The position numbers and the translations under genes were made by a program. Source: a virus (lineage: Duplodnaviria > Caudoviricetes). From it: DNA of 64,000 nucleotides. Under the pieces are notes generated by a model. That model searched no databases. It was not told the origin of the DNA and was given only the letters and a program-made list of their open reading frames with translations. Positions 54,007 through 63,248 of this stretch are shown one piece after another; position 1 is the stretch's first letter, and each line of letters begins with the position of its first letter. The DNA lies in IMG/VR virus record IMGVR_UViG_3300008110_007313; one strand, 5' to 3'.

Positions 54007-54159
54007 TTAAAAAATAGCATTTGCGGCTGCCGCGGCATTCCAGGCGCTGAACACAATGTTCATCCAGCCCAACCCGTTGTGACCTGCTTCAAAATCTCGT
54101 TTGGCCCATTTAAGCATGAGCCAGGCAAGAAAAATATTTAAAATAGTCCAACCACTCAT
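54007..54159 (-). CDS. 50-aa membrane peptide
   Basis: MSGWTILNIFLAWLML...; ATGA coupling. Confidence 0.65.
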   Translation of the reverse strand: MSGWTILNIFLAWLMLKWAKRDFEAGHNGLGWMNIVFSAWNAAAAANAIF

Positions 54160-54263
54160 GCTATCACCGCAATCAAAAATATAAACAAAGCCACAACAGG
54201 GTGTCCAAACAACAAGGCCATCATGGCAAGTATAGTGCCAAAGAAAGCCTTGTCGGAGCCCAT
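54156..54263 (-). CDS. 35-aa membrane peptide
   Basis: MGSDKAFFGTILAMMALLFGHPVVALFIFLIAVIA; TAATG coupling. Confidence 0.65.
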   Translation of the reverse strand: MGSDKAFFGTILAMMALLFGHPVVALFIFLIAVIA

Positions 54264-55285
54264 TAAGCTGCCTTCATGCAAGTTGTCTCTGACATGCGCT
54301 TCCAGTTGTTAGGGAAGCTCTTGCGCAGGTCTGCAATCTTGAGCGCCATGCGCAAGGATACCTCACGCAACCGATCTTTGTTGGCATGCATAAAGTCAAT
54401 AATGTCGTCTTGTGCATACTCGTTAAAGTCGTAGTCGGCAAACAACACACCGTCTTTGGCAATCTGTTTGATACGCAAGAGCTTGTCACGCATGGTGTCC
54501 AAGGTCAAGTCCAGATAGTGGCAACGACTTTGCAAGGCGTCCAAGTGGTCACGCAATTTTTGCGACTTCATCTTGTCGAACTTCAAGTTAGTGATGAAGA
54601 TAACGCTACCTTTGAACTCAAAGCGGTCTGGGATACCCTCACGGCGCAGGGCACTGCTCTCTGACAACCAGCTAATAGTACGCTTCTTACCTGAGTCCAA
54701 GGCACCCTTGAGCAAGTTAAGAGCAACGTCATCCAACAAGATGCTGTCACAGTCGTCAAACACAACCACACAATTGGCGTCACTGTACTTGTACAGAGTC
54801 TGGTACAGACCAATGGGGGTTGCTGAGCCTTTGACTACCTCAGCACGGAGGCGCTTGCCTGCCAGCTTGTCAAACATTGTGGCCTTGTCAATTTCTTGCT
54901 CAACGCCAAAGCTCTTGCCCACGCCAGGAGGGCCGCTCACAATCATAGCACGGATGTCACCACTCACTGTGGCCTTTGTCATCTCGTGCAGGATGTCAAA
55001 ACGCTCACGGATACGATCCATGGCCTCGTCGTCTGTCTCGACTACTGTGGGCTTCTCAAAATGTACTGTATTGTCTTGCATGGCATCTCCTGTTACATAT
55101 TCAAAATCTTGGATGGAATCTACTTTGATACGCACGGTATCTGGGCAGTTGGGGAAGTTACCATCATTCTTGACAGTAACATAATTGCCTTTGGCGCCTG
55201 AGGCATAGCCTGACACCAAAGTAAAAGCAATATTGCGGACGGGCTTGTTACGATACTTACCCTTAATGATACGAATGGCACTCAT
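54263..55285 (-). CDS. early AAA+ ATPase
   Basis: GPPGVGKS, FDDCD, FITN, SR. Confidence 0.9.
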   Translation of the reverse strand: MSAIRIIKGKYRNKPVRNIAFTLVSGYASGAKGNYVTVKNDGNFPNCPDTVRIKVDSIQDFEYVTGDAMQDNTVHFEKPTVVETDDEAMDRIRERFDILHEMTKATVSGDIRAMIVSGPPGVGKSFGVEQEIDKATMFDKLAGKRLRAEVVKGSATPIGLYQTLYKYSDANCVVVFDDCDSILLDDVALNLLKGALDSGKKRTISWLSESSALRREGIPDRFEFKGSVIFITNLKFDKMKSQKLRDHLDALQSRCHYLDLTLDTMRDKLLRIKQIAKDGVLFADYDFNEYAQDDIIDFMHANKDRLREVSLRMALKIADLRKSFPNNWKRMSETTCMKAA

Positions 55286-55315
55286 GGTTGGCTCCTTGTT
55301 GTGCGTTAAAATTAA

Positions 55316-55344
55316 ATTATAGCAGATGTTGAATTAAGCGTCAA
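55316..55344 (-). promoter_or_regulatory. sigma70 early promoter
   Basis: TTGACG-17-TATAAT with TG. Confidence 0.8.
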
Positions 55345-55735
55345 CCTTGACAGCCTCAATTCCAAACTGTTCGAGCAACACGGCTCGGCAGGCATCTACG
55401 GTGCGTTTAGTTACCACTACCTTGCCGCCCATGAATCCCACATAGAGATTTCGGTGTGTTACAAACTTGATCTCACCATCGGCACCTGTGTGCTTTTGAC
55501 GAGCGGCAGGTTTGGCTGTCGCTGTCTTGGCAGGTGCCTTTGCAGGCTTTTCTGCTTTGGCAGGCACTGCCGCAGGCACTGGTGCTACCAGCTTAGGTGC
55601 GGCATTGACAGACCCATGCTTCTTGTCATACTTGGCAATCTGCTCTGGAGTCATGCCCCAAGTGGCTAACAGACGTTTGACTTCTGTACCGGGCAGTTGA
55701 TTCCAGTGGATGATTTTGTCGGTCCAGTTCTGCAT
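55334..55735 (-). CDS. hypothetical early protein with AKP-rich linker
   Basis: 133 aa after promoter and SD AAGGAG. Confidence 0.8.
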   Translation of the reverse strand: MQNWTDKIIHWNQLPGTEVKRLLATWGMTPEQIAKYDKKHGSVNAAPKLVAPVPAAVPAKAEKPAKAPAKTATAKPAARQKHTGADGEIKFVTHRNLYVGFMGGKVVVTKRTVDACRAVLLEQFGIEAVKVDA

Positions 55736-55763
55736 TGTGGCTCCTTTTAGTTACTATACAAGT

Positions 55764-55792
55764 ATTATAACAAATTGGCAATTATTGGTCAA
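55764..55792 (-). promoter_or_regulatory. sigma70 early promoter
   Basis: TTGACC-17-TATAAT with TG. Confidence 0.85.
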
Positions 55793-55797
55793 CCGTT

Positions 55798-55977
55798 TTA
55801 CGCAGAAGCAAACAACTTGCCCATTTCGCGGAAAACTACACGGCTTGCACGAAGCTGGTCAAATGTGAGATCGTCCTCACCGCTGTCTTGCATCTGTTGC
55901 AGGGTTTCCAGCAGTCCGGGCAAGGCCCAATCTTTTTGGTATTGCTGGACAACTTGCATGGCTTGTTCGAAGTTCAT
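55798..55977 (-). CDS. hypothetical early protein (59 aa)
   Basis: MNFEQAMQVVQQYQKDW...; SD AAGGAG. Confidence 0.8.
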   Translation of the reverse strand: MNFEQAMQVVQQYQKDWALPGLLETLQQMQDSGEDDLTFDQLRASRVVFREMGKLFASA

Positions 55978-56008
55978 TTGTGGCTCCTTTGTTTCTTACT
56001 ATGCTTAT

Positions 56009-56037
56009 ATTATAGCAAAATGGGAATATTCGGTCAA
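56009..56037 (-). promoter_or_regulatory. sigma70 early promoter
   Basis: TTGACC-17-TATAAT with TG. Confidence 0.85.
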
Positions 56038-56043
56038 CCAGCT

Positions 56044-56070
56044 AAAACTGCTGAAATTTTCAGCAGTTTT
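56044..56070. terminator. perfect 13-bp inverted repeat (terminator or operator)
   Basis: AAAACTGCTGAAA-T-TTTCAGCAGTTTT. Confidence 0.6.
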
Positions 56071-56089
56071 TGTGGTATTTTTGCAACAT

Positions 56090-56299
56090 TTAGCCGTTGC
56101 GACGGGCTAACAGACGTACAAAGTCTTGTTGCAATTCTGCAACATCTTCGTTTGACACATAGAAGTCAGTGGTAGGATCGTAGTACTCGCCTGCTTTGGG
56201 ATCGTAGTACAGAACCTGACCGTTGGGGTAGTGGAAAGGACCTTCTAAGCCCTTGCGTGGACCGTATTCCTTGTTGTGCTTGAAAACGATGTAGCTCAT
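56090..56299 (-). CDS. hypothetical early protein
   Basis: GLEGPF..G.VLYYDPKAGEYYDPTTDFY. Confidence 0.85.
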   Translation of the reverse strand: MSYIVFKHNKEYGPRKGLEGPFHYPNGQVLYYDPKAGEYYDPTTDFYVSNEDVAELQQDFVRLLARRNG

Positions 56300-56325
56300 G
56301 GTGGCTCCTTTGTTGCTATGTTGTT

Positions 56326-56354
56326 ATTATAGCAAATTGGGTATTTTGGGTCAA
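56326..56354 (-). promoter_or_regulatory. sigma70 early promoter
   Basis: TTGACC-17-TATAAT with TG. Confidence 0.85.
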
Positions 56355-56358
56355 CCTT

Positions 56359-57099
56359 TTATTGCCACAGATCTTGTACTACTTTTTCGTTAATTTCGTG
56401 CGGTTTTGGGTGCCCGTGAAAAACTAATACTGAAGTACGCGGGTCAATGTTGATGCCTGCGCCCGGTATCTTGTGACGACGCCGAGGAAAATCATACCCG
56501 CCGTCCACACACTGCCAGCGCCAACTTTGAAACTGCCAGTCTGGCATGAGTCTGTAGCGGTTAACTCCCAGTTGATGTTGTATGTAATCTTGATCACCTG
56601 GGTAGCGGCGCATAGTGGTAGCCAAGTCTTTGGTGTTGAATTCGTCCCATAACCAGCTTACATTGGGCACATTAAACCACATCACACTGCTGTTAAGTCC
56701 TTGTTTGGTTGGCGTTTGCAAATAACGAAAATCTCTAATAGCCCAGAGATAATTGAGATCTAATTTTGTGATCCAATCAATTTCACGCACAATCACAGTG
56801 TCAAGATCAAAGTACAGTAAATTGCCATTGAACAAATCTCGGTTGAACAACTGTAGCTTGTACCACCACGATTTCTTGGGCCCTGATACTCCGGGCCATT
56901 CTTCCAGGCAGTGCTTGACCATGTGCGGCGGAACTGATCTATGATGTTCAGTATACACATGTAATCTAATACCGCCAGGACGCACACGCTCCAACATGTT
57001 GTGCAGTTTTTCAACATACTGCCAATCATATCCTGTGCCGTGTATCACACAAGCACAGTCAATTATGTCGTCAGTGCGCTCTCTAATCTTTTTAACCAT
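56359..57099 (-). CDS. GT-A glycosyltransferase-like protein
   Basis: WWYKLQLF, YFDLDTVI, NSSVM, GDQD, VFHG.PKPH. Confidence 0.8.
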   Translation of the reverse strand: MVKKIRERTDDIIDCACVIHGTGYDWQYVEKLHNMLERVRPGGIRLHVYTEHHRSVPPHMVKHCLEEWPGVSGPKKSWWYKLQLFNRDLFNGNLLYFDLDTVIVREIDWITKLDLNYLWAIRDFRYLQTPTKQGLNSSVMWFNVPNVSWLWDEFNTKDLATTMRRYPGDQDYIQHQLGVNRYRLMPDWQFQSWRWQCVDGGYDFPRRRHKIPGAGINIDPRTSVLVFHGHPKPHEINEKVVQDLWQ

Positions 57100-57914
57100 A
57101 GGCCTCTTTCTATTTCTTCCACAGTGTATTCAGTGTGACATATTTCAGTCAGCCACTGATCACGATCCACTGTGTAGGGCTGTTCAATATTGTCCAGGCT
57201 CACGCCCACTGGATAAGCCAAACTGGTACTGTCGACCACGGGACGAACTCCAGCAATAGCGGCTTGTACGCCAGGTCCTGAATTGTAATTGACCACAGCA
57301 TGACAATCAAAATGCATGTCAAAGCTGTCATAGGTATTTGCAATCTTTTGCGGATGTTCTATGTTCACACCTGGTGGTAATGGGAACAAAGGTGTACGAC
57401 AACGTGGGTGCGGTCTTATTAAGATAGGACGATCTGTGTGGGTGCGCAATTTGGTTAGGGTATTGCGCACCCATTCAGTCATGTTGGTAATGTGTTCAAC
57501 CTGCAGGCTGCGAGCATGCTGCATGGCCAAGATCACATGCGGCCGGGGTTTTATTTTTTGTGCCAGACTGATCTTTAATCGTTGCGGTCTGCCCCAGTCT
57601 AGATTTTCTGTGTGCCCATAATAACCCTGTGCAGTGATATTGTTCACTGCAATTTTCCAAGTGTTGCCACGATACAGTGCGCCAATTTCCACAATGATTA
57701 CAGGTTTGTTTTCCCTGCGGTAGTGTTCGTATACTTCACGATTTTTGCTCATGCGTCCGTGGAACAACGCCGACCAAATAATGACTGCGTCACTGTGCAT
57801 GCTATTTTCTTGTGTTTGAATTCCACGTGCCTGTAGACTGTCTAACACAGCACTCATGACTGGTCCAGAATTAAGAGCACACTGCAAAGGAAAATAGGCT
57901 ATGTTTTTGATCAT
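57063..57914 (-). CDS. KpsS/capsule-modification-like GT-B protein
   Basis: IRPHPR, NYNSGPGVQAAIAGV. Confidence 0.65.
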   Translation of the reverse strand: MIKNIAYFPLQCALNSGPVMSAVLDSLQARGIQTQENSMHSDAVIIWSALFHGRMSKNREVYEHYRRENKPVIIVEIGALYRGNTWKIAVNNITAQGYYGHTENLDWGRPQRLKISLAQKIKPRPHVILAMQHARSLQVEHITNMTEWVRNTLTKLRTHTDRPILIRPHPRCRTPLFPLPPGVNIEHPQKIANTYDSFDMHFDCHAVVNYNSGPGVQAAIAGVRPVVDSTSLAYPVGVSLDNIEQPYTVDRDQWLTEICHTEYTVEEIERGLWLKRLESALTT

Positions 57915-57925
57915 AAGTATCAACA

Positions 57926-58720
57926 ATGAAATACACAGTAGTTACCACATTTAATGCAGCCGGCTACGAGAAGTATGGACGCAGAATGATCCAGACCTTT
58001 TTGCAAACCTGGCCAACCACAGTAGAATTACAGGTCTACGCCGAAGGCTGCACAGTCACAGAGTCTGCGCCCAATTTGCGAGTGTTTGATCTAGAAGCTG
58101 CCAGTGCTGAATTAGTGGCATTCAAGACTCGTTGGCGTGGTGTGCCCAAGGCCAATGGCGATGTGTCAGCAGATCCTGTGCGTGCCAAAAGAAAAGATTC
58201 AGGCAAAGGATTTAAATGGGACGCTGTGCGTTTTGCACACAAGGTCTATGCTATATTTGCCGCTGCTCGAACCACACACGACTGGTTGATTTGGATGGAT
58301 GCGGACATGGTATGTCACAGCAACATCACTGAACAGCGCATTGCACAACTGTGTCCAGATGATCGTGAACTTTGCTTTTTGGGGCGACGTGGCAAATTCA
58401 GCGAGTGCGGGCTGTATGCTATCAATCTTGCCAGTCAGAATGGGCAGCGTTTTGTGCAACGTTTTCAAGAAGCCTACGATCATGACAGAATATTCTACTA
58501 TGCAGAATGGCACGACAGTTATGTATTTGACGAAATAAGAAAAATAGTGGCTTGTGCTGAATTAGATTGGAGCAGCCATTTGATCACAGGCGAAGGCCAT
58601 CCCTTGATCAATTCAGAGTGGGGTGCTTACTTGGACCATTTAAAAGGTGCTAGAAAAAACACAGGGCGCAGCCTGGCCACTGATTTAAAAGTGCAACGTC
58701 AAGAACAATATTGGTCATGA
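57926..58720 (+). CDS. GT-A glycosyltransferase-like protein
   Basis: VTTF, AVRFAHKV, WMDAD, EWHDSYVFD, HLKG. Confidence 0.75.
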   Translation: MKYTVVTTFNAAGYEKYGRRMIQTFLQTWPTTVELQVYAEGCTVTESAPNLRVFDLEAASAELVAFKTRWRGVPKANGDVSADPVRAKRKDSGKGFKWDAVRFAHKVYAIFAAARTTHDWLIWMDADMVCHSNITEQRIAQLCPDDRELCFLGRRGKFSECGLYAINLASQNGQRFVQRFQEAYDHDRIFYYAEWHDSYVFDEIRKIVACAELDWSSHLITGEGHPLINSEWGAYLDHLKGARKNTGRSLATDLKVQRQEQYWS

Positions 58721-59499
58721 TATTTCTCAATAAAAACAGCAACGACGAATATGTAGAAATGTTTGCCCGCGGCTGTGGTGCCAAGCCTACTGCACTGGAA
58801 ACCTGGCGCTACGAAGATAGCACAGATCCTTTGCTGATTCGTGGCATAATGAAGCACAAAATAATCAAACGCTGTTGGACAGATCGCAGAGAATTTCTGT
58901 ACATGGATTCTGGATACTTTGGCAACAGAGTCAGCAGACAAAATCCCAACGGTTGGAAACTGTGGCATAGAATTGTGCCCAACAATTTGCAACACGGAGA
59001 TATTGTTGCTCGACCTGCTGATCGCTGGGAACAGCATGGGATTGAACTCAAGCCCTGGCAGTCAGGGCGTAAAATATTGATTGCAGCGCCAGACGAAAAG
59101 CCCTGCAAGTTTTATGGAATAGAACTAGAAGAGTGGCTAGCAAACACAGTGGCCGCCATCAAGCGCCACACAGACCGTCCTGTGGAAATACGTCAGCGCA
59201 CAAAAAATCGACAGGCCAGAGTGGCCAATGCATTTGAACATGCACTAGCAGATGTACACGCTGTAGTCACATTCAACAGCATAGCAGCCACAGAAGCCAT
59301 AATACAAGGTGTTCCTGCATTTGTGTTGGCACCCAGTAATGCTGCCCTGCCTGTGGCCAGCACAGATTTAAGCACAATAGATAACCCACGACTAGCAGAT
59401 AGATCAACAGTTGAGGCCTGGGCACATCATTTGGCTTATGGACAGTTTCATATTAGCGAGCTCCAATCCGGGCTTGCAAAGGAGATATTAAATGTATGA
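58717..59499 (+). CDS. KpsS/capsule-modification-like protein
   Basis: YMDSGYFG, VTFNSIAATEAIIQGVP, HLAYGQF. Confidence 0.65.
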   Translation: MIFLNKNSNDEYVEMFARGCGAKPTALETWRYEDSTDPLLIRGIMKHKIIKRCWTDRREFLYMDSGYFGNRVSRQNPNGWKLWHRIVPNNLQHGDIVARPADRWEQHGIELKPWQSGRKILIAAPDEKPCKFYGIELEEWLANTVAAIKRHTDRPVEIRQRTKNRQARVANAFEHALADVHAVVTFNSIAATEAIIQGVPAFVLAPSNAALPVASTDLSTIDNPRLADRSTVEAWAHHLAYGQFHISELQSGLAKEILNV

Positions 59500-60139
59500 A
59501 TTTCAAGGTTGGTGGTTTCCAGACATGGAAGACCATTTCCCAAAAATGATCAACAAAAGCATCAGCAAAGGTGGTCCTGCTGAATATCAATATCAGGTAC
59601 GCGACCGTAGCTTGCGCTATGTTAAAAACAATCGCGTGGCCCTGGACATTGGCGCCAACGTAGGCTTGTGGAGCCGCAGCCTGGTCAAACACTTTGATCA
59701 AGTCATAGCCTTTGAACCTGTGGCTATGTTTCGGGACTGCTTGAGCAAAAACGTTGTAGCAGAGAACCTGACTGTGCGCACAGAAGCACTAGGCGATCGC
59801 GACCAACAAGTCACAATGGTGCTAACTGAAGGCAACACAGGACACACTCACATTGATCCCAATGCACAAGGCGGCGAAACCACTGTGATACGCCTGGATA
59901 ACTTGAAGTTAGAAAAAGTGGACTACATCAAAATTGACTGCGAAGGTTACGAGTATCGTGTGTTGTATGGTGCGCAGGACACAATTCGTCGTTGCAGACC
60001 CATTGTTGTTGTGGAACAAAAGCCGCACGAAATGTATACCAAGGACTACGGACAACACGCTGCCATAGGCTTGTTGCAAGACTGGGGCATGGTTCGACTG
60101 GATCAAGTAAAAGATGATTGGATCATGGGATGGCAATAA
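59492..60139 (+). CDS. FkbM-family methyltransferase
   Basis: LDIGANVG, FEP, KIDCEGYE. Confidence 0.92.
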   Translation: MYEFQGWWFPDMEDHFPKMINKSISKGGPAEYQYQVRDRSLRYVKNNRVALDIGANVGLWSRSLVKHFDQVIAFEPVAMFRDCLSKNVVAENLTVRTEALGDRDQQVTMVLTEGNTGHTHIDPNAQGGETTVIRLDNLKLEKVDYIKIDCEGYEYRVLYGAQDTIRRCRPIVVVEQKPHEMYTKDYGQHAAIGLLQDWGMVRLDQVKDDWIMGWQ

Positions 60140-60690
60140 TAGATCAAGCATACCAGCAACAGCTGGATCAACTGCACAAAGGTGGCAAGTTCGACAATGG
60201 CTACAAAAGCTATCCTATTGTCAAAGACTTTTTAACACAATATCAACCCACCAGCTTGCTGGATTTTGGCTGCGGACAAGGTGGCTTGATTCGTGCCATA
60301 CAAGAACAACATCCTAGCATATTCTGTGAAGGCTATGATCCGGGCAATCATCAGTTCCGTCAGTTGCCCAAACGCAGTTATGACGCTGTGATTAGCACAG
60401 ATGCAATAGAGCACATTGAACCTGCGTACTTGGACGAAACACTACGCATCATTGACAGCAAAATTCAACGCTGTGGCTGTTTTAGAATTGCCTGCTATCC
60501 TGCCAAGAAAAACTTGCCGGATGGGCGTAATGCACATTTGATTGTAGAACTTCCTGAATGGTGGCGTGACAAAATATTGTCTACAATGAATGTGGATATT
60601 GTGTGGGAAAAGATCAAAGTAGTAGACAAAACTGCAACGTGGCCGCACGTGAAAGGCCACAACTATGATGTAATTGTTCAGCGCAAGTAA
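60130..60690 (+). CDS. class I SAM methyltransferase
   Basis: LLDFGCGQG, GYDP, STDAIEHI, AHLIV. Confidence 0.88.
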   Translation: MAIIDQAYQQQLDQLHKGGKFDNGYKSYPIVKDFLTQYQPTSLLDFGCGQGGLIRAIQEQHPSIFCEGYDPGNHQFRQLPKRSYDAVISTDAIEHIEPAYLDETLRIIDSKIQRCGCFRIACYPAKKNLPDGRNAHLIVELPEWWRDKILSTMNVDIVWEKIKVVDKTATWPHVKGHNYDVIVQRK

Positions 60691-61607
60691 GGCAAGAACT
60701 TTTGATAGATGCGCCCTTCTCTCGCATCTTGATCACTCCAGTGTGCAGCCGCTAGGTCATTGATCCATTGGCTGCGATCAAACTGTTGTGGTTGTTCGAT
60801 TCGAGTGATATCTTTGTTGGCCACTGCCCAACTCACACAGCTGGAATCATCAGCAAACACAGGAACTCCAGAACATGCTGCTGCCACGCTGGCGCTGCTG
60901 TTGAAAAACACTGCGGCATGAGCATTTGCTAGATTGTCCAACAGTGTGCTGGTTCTTGGGTCAACTACTGTAATGCCAAGATTCACATGGTGTCGTGATT
61001 GATACTTCACAAAGTCTCTAGCTTCATAAGAACCCGGATGTGGTCTGATCAATATTGGCCTTTTGCTGTATTGGCGTATTTGCCCAATTTTTTGTTCCAG
61101 CCAAACCAAAGGATCCAGTGTTTTCATTGCGAATCCGCCATCTCGTTGCATGCACACCAGCACATGCCCACGTTTGCTACCGGTATAGGGCAAGAGATCC
61201 ACATTCAGGCTGGCACGTATTTCGTTCCATTTGTCCGGCGTGCTGTTGCGATTGGCATATTCTGCTTTGTCGTAGAACGGTCCGCCGAGACTGTATCGCA
61301 AATAGGTGCCAGTGTTGTCCAGGTACTTGAAACAGCTGGCATCTATGCACATGGTGTGGCTGCCACGACGAGCCTGTTCAGCAATGATTTGTTTGCGCAA
61401 GGTAATGTTGGGTCCACCAGTATTGGTTGTTGCCCAACCCAGGATCACTGCCAGTTTAGCAGGGCGATATTGACAGTCCCATTCCACACGCACAGGATCG
61501 CCTGACTGTTTTACACCTTCAGCAAAGCTCTCCAAACACTGTATCTTCCTGGCATGCTTGCGAGGGTTAGCTACAGAACTAACATACACTACAACATCAT
61601 TGGCCAT
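60678..61607 (-). CDS. KpsS/capsule-modification-like protein
   Basis: IRPHPG, FFNSSASVAAACSGVP. Confidence 0.65.
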   Translation of the reverse strand: MANDVVVYVSSVANPRKHARKIQCLESFAEGVKQSGDPVRVEWDCQYRPAKLAVILGWATTNTGGPNITLRKQIIAEQARRGSHTMCIDASCFKYLDNTGTYLRYSLGGPFYDKAEYANRNSTPDKWNEIRASLNVDLLPYTGSKRGHVLVCMQRDGGFAMKTLDPLVWLEQKIGQIRQYSKRPILIRPHPGSYEARDFVKYQSRHHVNLGITVVDPRTSTLLDNLANAHAAVFFNSSASVAAACSGVPVFADDSSCVSWAVANKDITRIEQPQQFDRSQWINDLAAAHWSDQDAREGRIYQKFLPYLR

Positions 61608-62571
61608 TGAGAATCCGCCATGCTGTGCCATCACGCATTTCGGGTTCTGTAAACTGACAATAGGCCAGGTGTGCAGCCCAAAGATTTACTTCGTCCAAAG
61701 TTGGAATGTATGGCTTTTCTATTTCTGACAATTGTTTACTGCACAACGGAGCGGCTGCATTGGGTCCCAGTGTAATAGCAGGTTTGCCCAGCAACAGTGC
61801 TTCAGTGGCCGCAATACTTGAAAATGTAACCAAACAATGTACGTCCTGCTCTAACGCCATGGCCATAGTATCGGTGCTCTGTCGCACACTACGGCTTTGC
61901 TTTTCACGCACAACAATAGGACGATCAGTATGTTTTTTAATTTCTGCTTGTGTGTCTATTAACCACTGCTCAAGATTGATGTTGTAGAGATTCAGCAACT
62001 TTTGACTAGGCGGGGCTAGCAGAATGTTGGTGCCTCGACGAAACTTGATGGGTTGTACGCCAGTGGCTTCTAGTCTGTCCCTGGGCCTATCAATAATAGG
62101 GCCAAAATACTGTACATCGTTTTTGGTAATACGGTGAAAGGTTTTCTTTTTTCCGTTGCCAAAATAGCCTGTGTCCATGTAGTAGAAGTCCCGACCACTG
62201 GTACGGCATGCAGCTATCTCTTTGCGCTTGGTAATACCGCGCAGTATCACAGGAGTCATTGCTTGTTCTTCTCGACTCCAGGTACTGATGCGGCCACCAG
62301 ACCCTTGAATAAAACTTTGTAAGATAGGATCGTACATGTGACCTTTTTCTGAAAATTTAAAATCTTTGCCATCGCTAGCAACTGCGGCACAAGCCCCGGT
62401 ATTGAGTGCAGCTATTCTAGCGGCAATGTCTTCTACACTTTGTCCGTAGTACTCACCAGAAGGGTCCACTCTGTATTTTAATATGTCACGGAAGATAGCG
62501 GCTATCTCGGGTGTTACCATGTCTAGTTCATGGCGGGTCAAGGGCACTAGATCATCGTTTTCTTCACTCAT
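61597..62571 (-). CDS. KpsS/capsule-modification-like protein
   Basis: YMDTGYFG, VTFSSIAATEALLLGKP, HLAYCQF. Confidence 0.65.
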   Translation of the reverse strand: MSEENDDLVPLTRHELDMVTPEIAAIFRDILKYRVDPSGEYYGQSVEDIAARIAALNTGACAAVASDGKDFKFSEKGHMYDPILQSFIQGSGGRISTWSREEQAMTPVILRGITKRKEIAACRTSGRDFYYMDTGYFGNGKKKTFHRITKNDVQYFGPIIDRPRDRLEATGVQPIKFRRGTNILLAPPSQKLLNLYNINLEQWLIDTQAEIKKHTDRPIVVREKQSRSVRQSTDTMAMALEQDVHCLVTFSSIAATEALLLGKPAITLGPNAAAPLCSKQLSEIEKPYIPTLDEVNLWAAHLAYCQFTEPEMRDGTAWRILNGQ

Positions 62572-63248
62572 AATCTTTGCTGGCAATATTCAGTAAGTAT
62601 TCGTTCTCTGTGCCACTCGTTGCCTTGTGGAGTATCAGCAAACTCCTGAAAGCATGGCGTGCCAAGTGTGTAGTGCAGTAACTTGGCGTCGGCATTTGGC
62701 CCGTATTCATCAGGCAACCAGTTCCATTCAGGTGGGAGTTCGCCCACACGCTCATCATCCAGCCAAGTAAACCTGTGTAGTTCAGCACCGGTTGCTTTTT
62801 GCACAAACTCGGGAGTGAGTTTGCGATTGGGAAAACTGTTGCAGTTCCAGAGTATGACACTTGACCAGTTCTTGCGTGGATAATCTTCGTTCTTGGACCC
62901 TAGATACTTCTCAGTCATTCGAGTTTTGTAGTCATGCTTGACCACCATGACATCATTATAGGGATTTTGCAAGTCCCATAATTCAGCAATGTCCCCACGT
63001 ACAATCATGTCGCCGTCTATAAAGATAGCCCATCCTGTGTACTCCATCAAGTGAGGCACCAAGAAACGTGTGTAGATAAAATGATTTGAGCCGTCTGTGT
63101 GCGTTTCTGAATAGTCCCGAAACAGATTAAGTGCCACAGGCACAATAGCAACAGGTCTAGAACTGTTGCGAATGATTGAATTCACACAGGTATGATATGC
63201 TATGGCTTCTCTAGGATCATATCCTACAAATACAGGAATAGCTTTCAT
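62568..63248 (-). CDS. GT8-like glycosyltransferase
   Basis: VGYDPRE, TRFLVP, FIDGDM, RKNWSS, HYTLGTP. Confidence 0.85.
   Translation of the reverse strand: MKAIPVFVGYDPREAIAYHTCVNSIIRNSSRPVAIVPVALNLFRDYSETHTDGSNHFIYTRFLVPHLMEYTGWAIFIDGDMIVRGDIAELWDLQNPYNDVMVVKHDYKTRMTEKYLGSKNEDYPRKNWSSVILWNCNSFPNRKLTPEFVQKATGAELHRFTWLDDERVGELPPEWNWLPDEYGPNADAKLLHYTLGTPCFQEFADTPQGNEWHRERILTEYCQQRL

Noticed and set aside
54573-55184. Long antisense ORFs (also 46067-46753, 17195-17698, 60999-61505)
   Set aside because: Shadows of well-supported opposite-strand genes, with no motifs or SD
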